Notes under the pieces: model-generated
What the model saw: the letters and a program-made list of their open reading frames with translations, nothing else
Database searches by the model: none
What the model was told of the DNA's origin: nothing
In this document: positions 19,358 through 37,616 of the stretch, in pieces
How positions within the stretch are numbered: position 1 is the first letter of the stretch
How the letters are laid out: every line of letters begins with the position of its first letter
Program-made: the position numbers and the translations under genes
Source of the DNA: the human T2T-CHM13v2.0 reference genome, Homo sapiens
Assembly (NCBI RefSeq): GCF_009914755.1
Contig: NC_060932.1
Length of the DNA stretch: 64,000 nt
Strand: one strand, 5' to 3'

Positions 19358-21861
19358 CTACTGCGTGCTGGGCAGTGTCGATTCACCTGCCTGCAGCCTC
19401 ACTGCCACTGTGACACACAGCACTCACCTGTCCCGGGGAAGAGCCCAGTGGAATCTCCAGGAACACTGCTGCCTCATTCACCATGGCATTGCCAGCACTT
19501 AGGACAGTACATGTGGCAATCAAACGCCGCTGCCTGAGAGCCCACTGTGTGCCCGGCCCTGGGCCCGGGACTGGGGAGAGGGTGGTGGATGATGCTGACT
19601 TGGTCCCTGACCTCCTGGCTCCAGGCGCCCCGGAGAGGCTCACTCAGCATTTGTAAAGCAAGTGGCCCTCCTGCATTTATGAGAATGAGCTGGGCCCTGG
19701 CAGCACCCAGTTGGTTCCCATAATGTTCCCTGGAGCCTTCTGAGCCACTTCGTGTTCTTCAGGCCACTCTGTGTTCTTAGGTTTGCTGCAAGAGCCCATC
19801 CTATCTTGGGGAAGAAGCCGTGGACGTAAGTGTTTGTTCATACACCACGGGAAGACAGCTGTGCCTCCATCTGAGGTCAGGGAAGAGCAGGGTATGTTCA
19901 AGGCAGAGGGTAACCCATGGGTTTCTGCCTCTCAGTTAGGGTGCTCTCCTGCTACCCTGATGTGCTGGAGGAGGGAGGCTCAGCAGCCTGGGCTCCCACT
20001 CCGACCCCGGTGACCTTTCCTTTCTGCTTACTCTGGAGCACGTACAGAATTCTCTTCCAGGAAGGCCTGTCACTTGTGGAGAGGAGGGGAGGGGGTGGGG
20101 TAGGAGTTGGGGGACTGCAAGGCTTTTCCCATTCCTGGTGCTTCCAGAAGGACCCTTCCTCTTTGTCTACCCCGCCCCTGGGAGTGAAGTGACATGCTCG
20201 ATTGGTAAATTTGGGAGGAATTGCTGGGCATCTCCGCCCAGCTTTGCCCTCCCTTTTTCTCTTGACAGGAGCTGCCCCAGAGAGGATTTATTTCCATCTG
20301 CTCCTCCAAGGGCAGCACCCGGCCTGCCTGGCTCTGCACGCCTGTGGGTTTTTCAGCACGTCCTTGGACTCTCACGCTAAGCCATAGCCTCCAGTGTCTA
20401 TCTTTTGACCTCTGTCCTCTTTTATTTCTCAACTTACTCCAAACCTGACAGGAGGGGGCCTCCCCCAACAGAAACACCAACAAACATATCTTCTCCTCAG
20501 CCACAACTCCCTCCCCGCCAGAACCTAGTTCTTGTTTAATGAAACCCACTTTATCTCCATGAAGGAAAAAGATAGGGATGCATTTATTAATTTATTTTTA
20601 ATTTGTAGAGCTGATCCCCTCCAAGCTCTGTGTGCTGGCCATTTTTTATGAGCCCAGCCCTGCCCACATAGTAGTTACAATGGTAATGACTTCCTCCAGC
20701 TTGGCAAGGCATGAGGGAAGGGAGACAGGCGTGATCTCTGAACACTTTGCAGTCTCTCAGGGGTCGGCTCTGGGAGGCACCAGCTGGAGGTAGCAGGGGC
20801 AGACCTGGAGCTCGGCATGACGTCTGGCTTTCTTCACTTAACTGTCTGCATGATTCAGAGTTGGCTCCTAGGAGAACTTGCCTGAGGGCCCAGATTTTTC
20901 TTTTCAAATCGGAGGCCAGAAGTTAGATTCCAAGAGCAACAGGCAAGCTAAATCTAAGGGTAGGAGACTCTAGGTGAGGACTGCTCTGCTCTCGGCAGGG
21001 AGGGGTGCAGGTGTCCTCAATCCTGGGGTCCAGCAGCCAAGCACTGAGCTGAAGCACCCAGTCTCCTGGTTGAGCTAAGATTCCTCTGACAGCTGTGAAC
21101 TTACAGCCCCTCTTCCTCCTTCCTTCTACAGCTCCCACCCCCCTCTCCCAACCCTAACCTTTGAAAATTTAATTTAATTTTAAACATGAGGTTTTCCTTT
21201 GGAAAGGCACAGGTCTTTAGCAGTAAGTTGTGCTCTGAGAATGCTAACTCAGTCAGGGCTCTGCAATCCCATAGCAGCAGAGTCCCAGTGGAAAGACCCT
21301 AATTCATTGCCTGTGATCAACACACAGTTAGGGCTTTAGGGCTTTATCCTGTGACATCTGATCTTCTCCCATCCTTCAGCCCTATCCTGAAGAGCTGTCT
21401 GGACCTAGAGCACAGCACAAACCCATTGTGCTCCCTTGAGTACCAGTAAAACCTGCAGTTTAACATCAGCAAGTTAATTAACTATTAAAATAATCCCGTG
21501 CTTGTTTAGTCACAACTATTCATTGTGAATCAAAGCAAATAAGGGGACATAGGATGTTTCCAAATGGAATGGCACCTTTGTGGAGGAAACAAGCAAGCAG
21601 ACAGGCCCGTACCACACAAACCCAGATTCTTAGGCAGCTGTACCTGGGCGGGGGATAAAAGGAGACAGAGGCTCTCTGTACTGCGAAGCCGCCTTCTGCT
21701 GTTCTATAGATCAGCGCCAGGTGGGGGACCCAAGTGCCTGTGCACATGGTTGACAAGAATTGCCGAGGCCTCTGAACAGATCGGGTGAGCTGATAATAAC
21801 AGCAAGAGCTACAGAGCCGGGCCCTGAGCTGAGCTCTTTAAACTCAAGTATAACATTTAAA

Positions 21862-22035
21862 TAGGGTTGCCAGATCTGGCAAATTAAATACATGATGCCC
21901 CGTTAACTTTGAATTTCAGATAAACAGCAAGTGACTTTTTTAGTTGGCTAAACAATTGTTAGGCTAATCCTAACAACTGTTGCTGTTTATCTGAAATTCC
22001 AGGATAATTGGGCCTCCTGTATTCTATCTGGCAAT
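21862..22035. mobile_element. MER53-like palindromic hAT MITE
   Basis: TAGGGTTGCCAGAT...ATCTGGCAA ends; inner inverted repeat GAATTTCAGATAAACAGCAA / TTGCTGTTTATCTGAAATTC. Confidence 0.75.
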
Positions 22036-22582
22036 TTAAGATCTAAAATCCTTCTGTTCTTAAGTTGGAAATGCAACCTTCTTTTTCACTTCGTTGGGTT
22101 TGAATTGTGGGTAGCACCATCAGGGTGGGAACCTGCTGGGCACCTTACTCCCTCACCACTACCCCGGGCACCCCAGTGACTATGGGAGCCCACTGTCTCT
22201 GGGAAACACAACATCTCAGTGCATGCACGGGAGACCCCAACAAAACCCCTTTGGCAGGCTGGAGTGAAAGCTGTCGGCATCTGGGTAGGATCACAGAATA
22301 ACAACCCTCTCCCCATTTTGATGAACTGGACTGCAGGGACCCAGCCTGCTATAGCCTAGGCCTGTCCCAAGGATGGGTCTGTGCTAACAATGGTTTCTTG
22401 GTTCCTTTCATTCTTGCCCCACAAGATCCATTCTGTTTTCTTGGAGGTAGAAGTTGACCTACAAGGAGGATAGAAAAAACTAGAAATAAGGCATTTCCCC
22501 CAATTCTGGGCTCAGCTCTCCTGTGGCCACCTGGTCCTCTCCCCTCCTACCCACCCAGGAGGCTTGGAGGATGAGCCGCTCA

Positions 22583-22840
<258 letters not shown>

Positions 22841-23049
22841 CTATCATTAAACCTCCCAAATGCGGGCTGAAGGGAATGTCCCCATCCGCATTGGACCTAG
22901 TCCTACCCCTATTGATTGGTATAAGATGTGGAGGCACAGGTAGAAGAAGCCGGGCCCACAAAGCTTGTTCTCCTCCAGTGAGGACCTTCAGGAGGGACAA
23001 CCAGCAGGAAGACCCAGTAGACCCCTGTGTCTCCAATGTTTTTTGATTG

Positions 23050-23204
23050 TTTTTTGAGACAGGGTCTCATTCTGTCACCCAGGCTGGAGTGTAGTGGCAC
23101 GCTTACGGCTCACTGCAGGCTCCATTTCATAGGCTCAAGCAATCCTCCCACCTCAGTCTCCTGAGCAGCAGCTGGGACTAGAGGTACTCCCCACCACACA
23201 GGGC

Positions 23205-23241
<37 letters not shown>

Positions 23242-23360
23242 CTGTACAGACAAGGTCTCATTATGTTGCCCAAGCTGGTCTCGAACTCCTGGGCTCAAGC
23301 TTCTCCTCCCTCAGCCTCCCAAAGTGCTGGGATTACAGACATGCGCCACCTCTCCTAGCC
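23050..23360 (-). mobile_element. AluJ-like element with an expanded central A-tract
   Basis: Alu arms with T36 at 23206-23241. Confidence 0.9.
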
Positions 23361-23364
23361 GTCT

Positions 23365-23525
23365 CCATTGTTTATGTGCATACAAATCCCCTGGGAATCT
23401 TGTTAAAATGCAGAATCTGATTGGGTAGTGTGGGGGAAAGGGGTGGGGCTGAGAGTCTGTATTTTTAATAAGCTCCGGTGTGATGCTGATGCTGCTGTTC
23501 TGAAGACGCTGCTTTGAAAAGCAAG
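23365..23525. mobile_element. MER5A-like hAT relic
   Basis: CTTGTTAAAATGCAGAATCTGA...GATGCTGATGCTGCTG motifs. Confidence 0.65.
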
Positions 23526-26500
23526 GTTCCCACTTTGAGGAGCAAGGCTGCAGATGACATTCTTCAGGCTAGAGAGGCAAGTGGATGCCTATCATGGACC
23601 CTTGAGAGTCCACAATGACTCCTCAAGGATGACAGACATGTAACACTCTGTAAGTGCATGCCACATGTTTCCCCAGGCAGACTTCTAGTCCATTCCAGTG
23701 CTTTTCTCCCTGTGTGTGACAATGGTCTCAAGTTCCTTCTCAGCAAGCTTCCAGGCAGTCCTGAGATGGAAACCACCTGCCATCAGAGCTCTGAATTATT
23801 ATGCATCCTCAGGCCTGAGCTAAACTGGGTACAGCTATGAGATCTGATGGGCGAAAGAGGATTCTGTGGAGTTTTGTAAGCACTACTGAAACTATCATCC
23901 CACTGCCTGTGACCTCCACATGGGACTCAGTAAGGGCCCTTTGACCTCTGTGGTCAAAGGTAGTTTTTATTTGGGAAGAGGAATGAAAAGTCATTGTTTT
24001 TATCCCCAGATCATGACTTTGCTAATCAGAGTCACTTTGGGCATCTTGGCCCTGGGGACAATTTTTAGAAAAAATAGATTTTGCCAGGGAGTAGGCAGAA
24101 AATTTCAGAGAGTTCTGGAGCTCTAGGGGCAGCAAGGCAGGTGCAGAGGACAGAGAAAGGAAAGCAGCTGAGGGGAGTCGCCTCCAAATGGGAAAGGTGA
24201 GAGCAGAAAAAGACACTGAAGCTTCAACTGAGCTGCTTTACAGTCTTGCTCAGGACCAACCCTGCCAGAAGTTCCTAACACGTTCTGGATAAGGTAGGGT
24301 AAGTACTCTAATCTCAGTCAAAATAAGAATGAAAACAGACTCACCCAGTGTGCTGGCCCTTAGGCTGATCCCATCCCTCAGGGATGCTTCTGGACAGGCT
24401 CCCTGAGTCTGTCTCAAACCCACCCAATGTGCTTACTGAACTCCATAGCTGACTCTGCAGCGACTTGGTCTGGGAGGTAAAGCGCAGAGTTAGGGTGCTG
24501 TCTAGGATTATGGGTGTCCCTGGGGTAAGCTGAGCCATTTCATTCCCAAGAAATGCTCACTGAAGTGTGCTCTGGAGACAAGAGGGGAGCCATCGTCTGC
24601 CCTCCTCATCATGGTCCCCTGCCTGCTGTCATCCCAGCCCAGGTGTGCTCCACCAACTGTGCTGGGGCTGTAGTGCCATGTGCCTCACTGCCGGGGACAC
24701 GTAAGTTCTTGGGGGAGCTAGGAAAGGCCGGAGAGATGGAGCTGTTTTTGCAAATGGGAGAAGAGAGGCCCTGAGATTTAACACGCCCAGGTGAATATTT
24801 AGTAACAGTAGACAGCAGGTGTCTTTTCACACCAGCAAAAGTCTTGAGGTCTAGCAACCTCTCCCCAGCTTGCTTTGCTCCCACAGTGGAAGCTTTTCGT
24901 AACTCTTGACATAGTCAAAATGGAATCGGCACCAACTATGAAAACATGCACACCCCTCACATACATTTCAAGCTCATATGATCTAAATATTTGGTGAATT
25001 CATAAGCCCAGGAATCTTAGGACAACAATAACACAACATTTAGAAATTGGCATCCCTGCAGATCACATTAGCACAACCTCCTTAAAGGAGAGCGCATGGA
25101 GCTGTTTCAGGAGTTGCAGAGGTGTTGCGGGGAAGAGCACTTACAGACAAGGGATAAGTTTATTTTTGCCAGAAGTTTTAAGGGGGCTGTGTATTTATTC
25201 ATTATCAATCTTCTTTGGGGCTGGATTGTTCCTTCTCCAAGTCTGTTCTGGCCTCAGTAAGTTTGTCTCACGTGGTCCTTCTAGATGCCACTGGCTTTGT
25301 GCCTGTGACTGGCCATAGGAGGTGTCTCCCAGCTCAGATGCTCCACAAAGGCTGTTGTCAAGAGTCTGACAACATGATACGCTCCTTGGTGTCCTGGACC
25401 AGCAGCTTTGTTTATATTCTTCTCTCACCTGAGTGCTCACCTACCCCATCTCCCCTCCTCCTTGGACTCTTACCCATGTGTTAAGAGCAGATCAAAATGT
25501 TACCCTCCTCCAGGAAGCCTTCCATCATCTTCCCTTCTTCTATTGCTATGTGCAATCTCCCTCCCTCTGTGCTAGCAAGGGGCTCCAACCCAACCTCTCT
25601 CATATCACTTCCTTCCATTTACCTTGAATTCACACCCAGAATGTTCTCCTTTTAGATGTGAGGGTAGCAGTCACATCTATTTTTTGAATCCCTGATAGTA
25701 CCTAACATAGGGTCTTGAATACAGTCAACTTCACTTAGTTTAAAGAATTTATTCAGGAATAACTGTCCCCCAGTTGCCCTCTCATTCTTTCCCTCTCTCA
25801 CCTTTATTCTGCACTGCTCCAATTTATAAAGTTCCCCTTTATCCTTTTATATGTTTTTTTTAGTTTCCTCTTTTCTTTTTCTTCTCTCTCTCTTCACATA
25901 ATTAAACATATTCATGTGAAACCCCTTAAAGACTTAATCTGTCAAAAGATTTGAGCTTTTCCCTTAGAAACCATGCAAACCCACCCACCATTGCAGACGA
26001 TCTCAGAGGTTTGGGTATTTAGAAGCTGATCCACAGACCCCAGGTCATGGAAATCCCTGCTCTTAGGTGACTGCCTCTTCATCCATCCACTCACTCAGTC
26101 ATTCATCAAATATGTATAAGCAACTAATGTGTACCAGGTATTGACATTGACCTAATCCTTTCCCTCATGGTTTTTGCTGTGAAATAAGGCAGACATTAGT
26201 AAAATAAAGAAATACATGTAAAACCATTGTTGAGAAAAGTGCTAGAAAGAAGAGTGCATGGCTTCTGTGATGATATAGTGGGAGAGTTAGGTTTTGCCAG
26301 GAGGGTTAGGGTAGGCTTCTCTGAGGAATGATGATTGCACAAAGACGTGAAGAAAGCATAGGGCTTAAATAAATCAGGGGTGAGCAAAACACCATGTGGA
26401 AGCCCAGAGTGGGAGCGTGGCAAGGAGGTCAACAGAGTGTGGGGGCGTTCAGTACACAATGTGGCTCTAGAGCAAGCAGGGAAAGACCACTGAGGCCTCA

Positions 26501-26655
26501 CAGTGTTTAGGGATCTGTATTTCTCCAACGAGCAACAAAAGATGGAAGTGACATTAAATTTGATTTTCCTATTCACATTCATTTCCCAAATTTACCTCTC
26601 TTCCCTTCCTTACTTGCAGTCAGTGGTGTTCAGAGAATTGAAAAGTAGTCATTTG

Positions 26656-29820
<3,165 letters not shown>

Positions 29821-29916
29821 GAAAACTAGTCATTTGTAAATTATTTAATAATTATGTATTATCCACTATGAGCTAAGCAGTGGAGATACAATTGTCAACA
29901 AGACTGATATGCTCTC

Positions 29917-29921
29917 TATTT

Positions 29922-29952
<31 letters not shown>

Positions 29953-30248
29953 TTCATTTATTTATTTATTTTTTGAGAAAAGGTCTCATTCTGTTGCCCA
30001 AGCTGGAGTGCAGCGATGCTATCATGGCTCACTGCAGCCTTGATCTCCTGGTCTCAGACAATCCTCCTGTCCCAGCCTCCTGAGTTGCTGGGACCAAAGG
30101 CATGCACCACCACGCCCAGTTAATTTTTTAAAAAATATTTGTAGAGATGGGGTTTCTCTATGTTGCCCAAGCTGGTCTCGAACTCCTGGGCTTCCTGCCT
30201 CAGTCTCCCAAAGTGCTGGAAATACAGGCGTGAGCCACTGTGCCTGGC
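29917..30248 (-). mobile_element. AluJ-like element with (TTTA)n tail
   Basis: Alu arms and tetranucleotide tail at ~29917-29974. Confidence 0.88.
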
Positions 30249-32128
30249 CGCTCTCTCTTATTTCATGTCTCACAATCTTCTAGCACAGGACTTGGGAGGT
30301 CTCATATGTGGCACAAAAAGCACCTTATTTTTCAATGATCCCCATTTAGATGGGTATAGTCATCCCAGTAATGCCTTGATAGCTGTTATGAAAGCCCTTG
30401 CCTAGGCTACCTCTGGGTCCCCTGCTGGCAAGTAAAACCCACTGGTCTGGAGCACTCTTTGGACCTTTCAGTCTCTAAGGTTGTGGCCCACGAAATTCTT
30501 CTTCTTGGGATTCTGATGAAAAATCAACTGTGTAATAATCTGGGGGTTATTCCCTTAACACCCCTGAAGAAATGAATGAAAGCTCAAGCAAGCACATGAA
30601 TGTATGTGAAGCTCTCACACTCAACGGAAAGTCTTCCAGTCTTGCTATTCAGTATTAGGCTAAAGGAGTGGGGTTGGCACAGAGAAACGAGAATCAGTTA
30701 ATACAACAAACAACTCCCACTACTTCCCCCACAAAATGAACGGCGTCCGAAGTCCCCGATGTGAACATATGTGCAAGCAGGGCTTCTGGAATGGGGTGGG
30801 AGGCACCACGTCTGAGTGTGTTGTGGGTTTGAGGAGGAAGTGGGGTCTTCTTTAAGAGGCTCACAGATGACTCTTTCGTGACACTCAGATCAGATGGGAA
30901 TTAGTGGGTTATTTACAAAGCCAGGCCTATGCCAGGGGTGGTACAAGAACGGTGAGCAGAGAGCCGAGGTGACGAGTCCCAATGGCCCCCAGAGTGAGTG
31001 GGTGACAGCCCTGCAGAGCCACAGTGGCAGGATTGTCTGTCCCTTTGCTCCCTTCCCACGGCATCAACAACCGAGAGCTGATTGTATCAGAACTTTAAAA
31101 TCTGGGACTGCATAGCACAGAGGAGAAAAATACAACCCCAGACAGCCATCTGAGACAAATCATGTCTTTTACTAGCTTCAGTCCCCACCCCTTCTACATT
31201 TAATGGGATTAAACCGTGAAGAGACCAGGCTACTTCCCTACTTTATTTTTAGCAATGTCAATGAGAGGTCTAGCAGGGTCATCCTGTTTTCAATTAAACT
31301 TGAAAAGTCCTTTTCTTGTCTCTGGGTAAATGCAGAGCTTTGGGACACCCAGGAGCCCAGCCCTGACTCTGCCCCAGCCAGGCTTGAGACAGCTCCCCAG
31401 TGTGACCAGAGCCCCTATCAGCTTCCTTGTGGTCTACATATATTTATTTTTAATTTTTCTCTTTGAAGGAACAACCTCTTGGGATGTTGGAAAGAGAGGA
31501 CTCAGGTCTGGGAAGGGAGGACTCAGGTCTGCATTGATCAAGGTTGTGCAATTAACTGAGGGCAGGCAAAATTCCAAGAGTTAACACTCAACCTCTTTTC
31601 TGAAGGAAACCAGATATTTCATCACAAAATGTAGGGTGTTCTAACAGGAAACCAGACACCCACGTCTCTCTGACAGCAGACTACGGACAACAGAAGTTTG
31701 GCAGCACCTGGTTGTCCTTAGACTTTCTCACCTTGCTTAGACTAAGCACCTTGCTTAGAAGGATATTACATATCAGGAAAGGAGAAGAATGAAAATATTT
31801 TCAGGAAATACTTTTAAAATAGAATGAACACCTATATATCTGGAATAGCATAAGTACTTTCTCATTTAGAGCTAGAAGAATCAATTAAATCAGTAATTGT
31901 CATATTTTTGTAGTATTCTTCCAAGGTGCTTTAAGCATTTTCACAGGCAGAGAGAGTGTGAGAGACAAGCAGGAGCCCCACGCCTTTTCAACCGAGCAGT
32001 TCCATGTAAGATTTCACGTAAGATTTTACTCAGAAAACGAAGCAAAACAAAACCATTTTTGCTGCTGAAAATGGAGTTTGAACCACTGAACCACTTTGTG
32101 TACTGGTCCCTTTGTGATAGTGTCATTC

Positions 32129-32489
<361 letters not shown>

Positions 32490-33299
32490 TAGGGGAGCTT
32501 ACTATTTAGAATAACCCAGCACTATGCCCTTTTATAACTTGAAGACTTATGGGAAGTTAGATGTAGCCTTAACATGGGAAGAACTTTATGTTCTGTGGTG
32601 CGCAACGGCAGAAGAGCAAGAGGCTGCTCCGCAGAAGCGGCCTCATGGATATTGGAGATACAGAAACAAACGCTGAACAATCACACATTGACGATGCTAT
32701 AAAGGTGTCTCCCAATGTGCTTTCCAAGAAATGTCAGCCTTCCAAGATGTGTTAAGATCAGAGAGATCCCATCATCAAAACAGTATTGGGAAACACTGCT
32801 TATTTTATCCCCTTCTCAAAACATCACAATGCACACGAACATATTAAAGATTCTGGTAATTCCTGCAGTAAGAGGCGTGTTGAAATCTATTTAACCCAGG
32901 TTTTCTCAAACTGGTTTGACCAGAACCCTTTTGTTACAAAACATCTATGAACAGTTTATGAAAGTAGTGCCTCAAGAAAGTTCTATCTGTGCCAGGACTG
33001 ACTCTTATTCTGACTCCCTCTTCATCTGGGCTGCGTTCTCTGTTCCTCTTTTTTTTTTTTTCCCCCAAAACAAGTAGCCTAGAATGCTTCTTCATGAGAT
33101 TTGTCTTCCCAGTGGTTTCTAAGTTTTTTCAAGACAGAGATATTGTAGATATTGTCTTATTCATCTTTGTATGTTTTGGAGTCTAACACTTACTTTATTC
33201 AACAAACATTTGTGGACTTTATGAATAGCACAAAAATGGTGCTAAATCCCTTGGCATCAGCACAGCCCTGCCTTGAAGGAGCTCACAGGACAGGTGGCA

Positions 33300-34130
33300 G
33301 CAGGACAGGTCAACACAGAAAACATCAGCATGAGATTAGAGAGTGTGGCTTCTGGCCAAGATAGAGTCACAGGGATTGAATCTATCCCCTCCCACCCGAA
33401 GCAGCAGCAACCACAAACCCAAAAAACAATGGACATGAAACAACAGTTTACCAGACGCTGGGAATTGGGCAACGAAGGACAGTGATCCCTGAGAAAATGA
33501 AAACATGAGAGCTAAGTCCTATGTTGGCCCCAGCTTAATGCCTTGAGAGGGTTTCCAAGCCACAGTGCCAGGAGCAGGGACCTATGTGATACCTGGTGGA
33601 CTCACTGATGGGCAGATGGCGCTGAGAGTTTGGAGACACTAAAGTGGCTAGTGATCACTGGACAGAATAAAAGAGAAGAGAGAGTGGCACAGAGAGAACT
33701 CCAGAGAGCTGTGGCAGGTCTCCCTCAAGTATTCAGCACAGTCAGTCTACACAAGACTGACTACACACAAGACAGTCTACACAAGTCCTGGGAAGAAACT
33801 ACCCAGGACTGGGAAAAAAGAACCAAGTGAAAGGATTAGAGGAAAGACTGCCTGGCCCTCCCACAAGGTCAAGAACCGTGCCTGTTTCCATCAGCCAGAG
33901 GGAGAGCCTCATGATTTGTGGGGCACTGGCTAGTCAGAAAGGTCTGGCCTCAGTAGTGGGAATAATCAGTCCTAGCTGAGTGCTGCTCTCGTGTCAGCTA
34001 ATGAATCTGAAAAGCAAGACCTGGAAAGTTCAAACTGTTTCCAAGTAATTTAACTGTGTCTCGGAAGAAAGTTTAAGAACATTTATAGAGCTATAAAAAT
34101 ATCCAGCACTCAACATGGTAAAATCCTGTT
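33300..34130 (+). mobile_element. Probable old L1M 5' region relic
   Basis: Degenerate motifs such as TTCTGGCCAAGATAGAG; boundaries and family uncertain. Confidence 0.4.
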
Positions 34131-34530
34131 GAAGAGACCATAAAGTAATTATATCTTTTAGTGGAGTGGTTCATGATTAGAAAACAGCAATCTACTTGAA
34201 ATTAACAACAACAAAAAAGAAAGCATTATTATGATGGAGATCAACAACAGAGTTAAATGCATAGGACTGGGGTGTGGGGGGCAGAGGAGACACCTCCACT
34301 GAGTGAGAGGGAAATGTGGTAAGAGTGTACTCTAGGATACCGCATGAGAAAAGGCTGTGGGATGTGAGAGGCCGCGGTGACTTCTGGTATCTGCCAGCTG
34401 ACACGTAACTGAGGCATGGAGAATTCAAAGATCACAAATGCGAGATGAGTCTTGAGAGAGATGGGGACCCAGTCACAAAGGCTGTTGTATGCCTCGTTAA
34501 GAAATTTAGACATCATTTAAAGTGAATGGG

Positions 34531-35173
34531 GGCCGGGCGCGGTGGTTCATGCCTGTAATCCCAGCACTTTGGGAGGCTGAGGCAGGCGGGATCAGCTGAG
34601 GTCAGGAGTTCAAGACCAGCCTGGCCAACATGGTGAAACCCCATGTCTACTAAACATAAACAAAAATTAGCCGGGCATGGTATCGGGCACCTGTAATCCC
34701 AGCTACTCGGGAGGCTGAGGCAGAAGAATAGCTTGAACCAGGAGGCAGAGGTTGCAGTAAGCTGAGATCGCGCCATTGCTTTCCAGCCTAGGCGACAAGA
34801 GCGAAAACTCCGTGTCAAAAAAATAAAAAATAAAAAATAGGCCGGGCGCGGTGGCTCATGCCTGTAATCCCAGCACTTAGGGAGGCCGAGGTGGGCGGAT
34901 CACAAGGTTAGGAGTTCGAGACGACCAGCCTGGCCAACATGATGAAACCCCGTCTCAACTAAAAATACAAAAATTAGCTGGGCATGGTGGTGCGCACCTG
35001 TAATCCCAGCTACTCAGGAGGCTGAGGCAGGAGAATCGCTGAAACTCAGGAGGCAGAGGTTGCAGTAAGCTGAGTGCAGTGAGCACTCCAGCCTGGGCAG
35101 CAGAGCAAGACTTCATCTCAAAATAAATAAATAAATAAATAAAATTAAAATAAAATTTAAAAATAAAAATAAA
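34531..35173 (+). mobile_element. Two head-to-tail AluS elements (34531-34839; 34840-35173)
   Basis: Two GGCCGGGCGCGGTGG starts; a single outer TSD TAAAGTGAATG at 34518-34528 and 35174-35184. Confidence 0.92.
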
Positions 35174-35326
35174 TAAAGTGAATGAGGAGATACTCAAAGA
35201 TTTTAGGCAGGAGAGAAACATGGTTAACATGATCATATTAGGTCTTGAAAGATTACTCTGGCATCAGTGGGGAAAACCGAATTGGGGAAGGACCTGATCG
35301 GAGGCAGGAAGAGCTGTTAGAAACAT

Positions 35327-35860
35327 GTTGTGAAGATCGTATTTTCCAAAAACGGCCAGAACAGGCTTTCTAATCCCACACAATCCTCCAGAACCTCGCC
35401 ACTGCCTTTCTCGAGGTAAACTCTAGGTCCCCTCCCCTTGAGCCTGGAGGTCTTGGTGAGCCATAGAGACCTCTGTGACTGCCTGGAGTAGGGGTGGACA
35501 GGAGAAGTGATGCTCTGTGACCTCCAAAGTCAGATCATAAAAGGAGATACAGCTCTGCCTGGTTCTCTTTCTTGGGACCTGCAGTTTTTAAGCCCTGAGC
35601 TGCCATGTGAGGAGTCTGGCCACCCCAAAGCCACCATGGAGGAGAGAGACTACACAGAGGCACAGAGGGAGGTCCCAGGTCCAAGAAGCCTCAGCTGCTC
35701 CAGCTCCCAGGCAATTTCGAGCCACCCCAGCTGATGCTGCATGGAACAGAAATGAGATCCCACTGTTCTGCCCAAGTATCAGATTCATGGGCTAAATAAA
35801 TGATTGTTGTTTTAAGTCAGTAACTTTTGTGTTGGTTTCAATATGCAGAATAGATAACTG
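35327..35860 (+). mobile_element. MLT1-type MaLR LTR
   Basis: Degenerate MaLR motifs ending TAAATGATTGTTGTTTTAAG...AATAGATAACTG. Confidence 0.6.
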
Positions 35861-36419
35861 GGGAAAAGTTATAATAATATAGATTAGAAATGTGAAGCCT
35901 GAAACACAGTAACTCGAGAATGTCTGTTTAGGAGAGTAAAGGCCTCTTTGGAGGGAGTCATCTGAAACTGCCTTTTGCAGAGCACTTCACATAAGATTGG
36001 AAAACTATTAATTGCTCATATCTAAAAGTGAAGAGTACCACCACTGACTTGAAATGAGACAGTGGCAGAAGGAATGCACAGGAATGAAAAGGTTAAAAAA
36101 TACCAAAGAGGCAAATTTAATAGCTCTGGTGACTGTCTAAATGTGGAGATAGATGGTGGAGGAGTGCCAAAGATGTCTCTGACTTGATTAGAGGATAGAT
36201 AGTAAGACTATTAAAAAAAAAAAAAGGGAGTGGTGGGGAGGTTTGGGCAATGATGAATTTGTTTCTGGAATATTGGCTTTGTACCAGTGCAACATCTTAA
36301 TAGAGAGGTCCATTAAGAGTTGGACACAGTAGAAATGAAGATCTGGAAGCAATTTGTTTCTTCATCCATAAAATTGGGCTAATATGGTTGTTGTGAGGAT
36401 TAAATGAGATAGTGCCTTT

Positions 36420-36700
36420 GTACTAGGTTGAACAATGTCCTGCAAAAATCCTTGTCTATCTGAAACCTGTGAATGTGACCTTGTTTGGAAATAGGGTCTT
36501 TGCAGATGCAATCAAGTTAACATGAGATCATCATGAATTTGAGTGCTCCTTAATCCAACAACTAGTGTCTTTATAAGAAGAGGGAAAATTGGACACAGAC
36601 ACACAGGGATAACACCCTATGATGACGGAGGCAGAGAATACAGTGATGCAGCTACAAACCAGGGAATGTCAAGGATTGCCAATAAGCACGAGAAGCTAGG
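36420..36700 (+). mobile_element. MLT1 LTR fragment
   Basis: GAATGTGACCTTGTTTGGAAATAGGGTCTTTGCAGATG. Confidence 0.7.
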
Positions 36701-37616
36701 AAGCACTCATTCATGTTTGCCAGATACCATACTTGATTTGACTTAAACTTTTAAGCCATAGTGTGATTTGCAATAAGATAAATCCCCTGATAAGAAAGGG
36801 ACAAACCCAAAACATCCAATAAGCAAGCACTAAAGTCAGTTCTTGGAGGAAGTCACTAGCCTAAGCAATTGCATTGAAGAGTTTCTTCCAGGAAAGAAAT
36901 CTAAGTTGCATTCCAGAGCCACATCTGTGGCCCATGCTCATAATTGAGAATTACTCAGGGTTTGGAGCTGAATTCCCAGGGGGTAATGTAAGATGAACTA
37001 GAAACTCTTCCCCTGCCCCCTCCTTTTTTTCCCCCAGAATCAGAAGACCACAGTGTTTCAGGTCTCCAAGGCCCATATTAAAAGTGACAGAGTGTCTATT
37101 TAGAACAGTCTTTGGGGGAAAAAATGCAAATGGTACTCAGAATGTGCTTCTAAAAAGAATATAAGGAAGTCTCTCTGGCCCTTATTTTGATCCTCTGTGG
37201 CAGAACTACTAACAGCCTGGTTGTCTGAATTGGTCAGGTGGGCAGTCTGGAAATGAGTGTGGATTAGTCTGTGTGTTCATCTGGTGCCCGAGGAGGATAA
37301 ACTGTTTTTGCATGGCTACCCCCATCCCCATAGCTCCCCATCCTCATCTGGCTGCTGTATAGATATGTATGCCTTATTCATCACAGGGGTGAATCAGAAA
37401 ATTTTTTTCCCATACTGCTAAAAGTAGCAAAACCAAACTTTCCTGTTGTGGGTTGCCAGTATATTTCCAAATGCCTTCCTTCAGGTTTCACTCATTTAAA
37501 AGGTGTGAAGTGTATACTGGGGTGTTTTTAAGTTCACCTTGCCTTCATCAGAAGATGTCAGTTAACCCTGAATCACAACTAGGAGAGAAAGTTTGACTCT
37601 AAAACAACAGATATGT

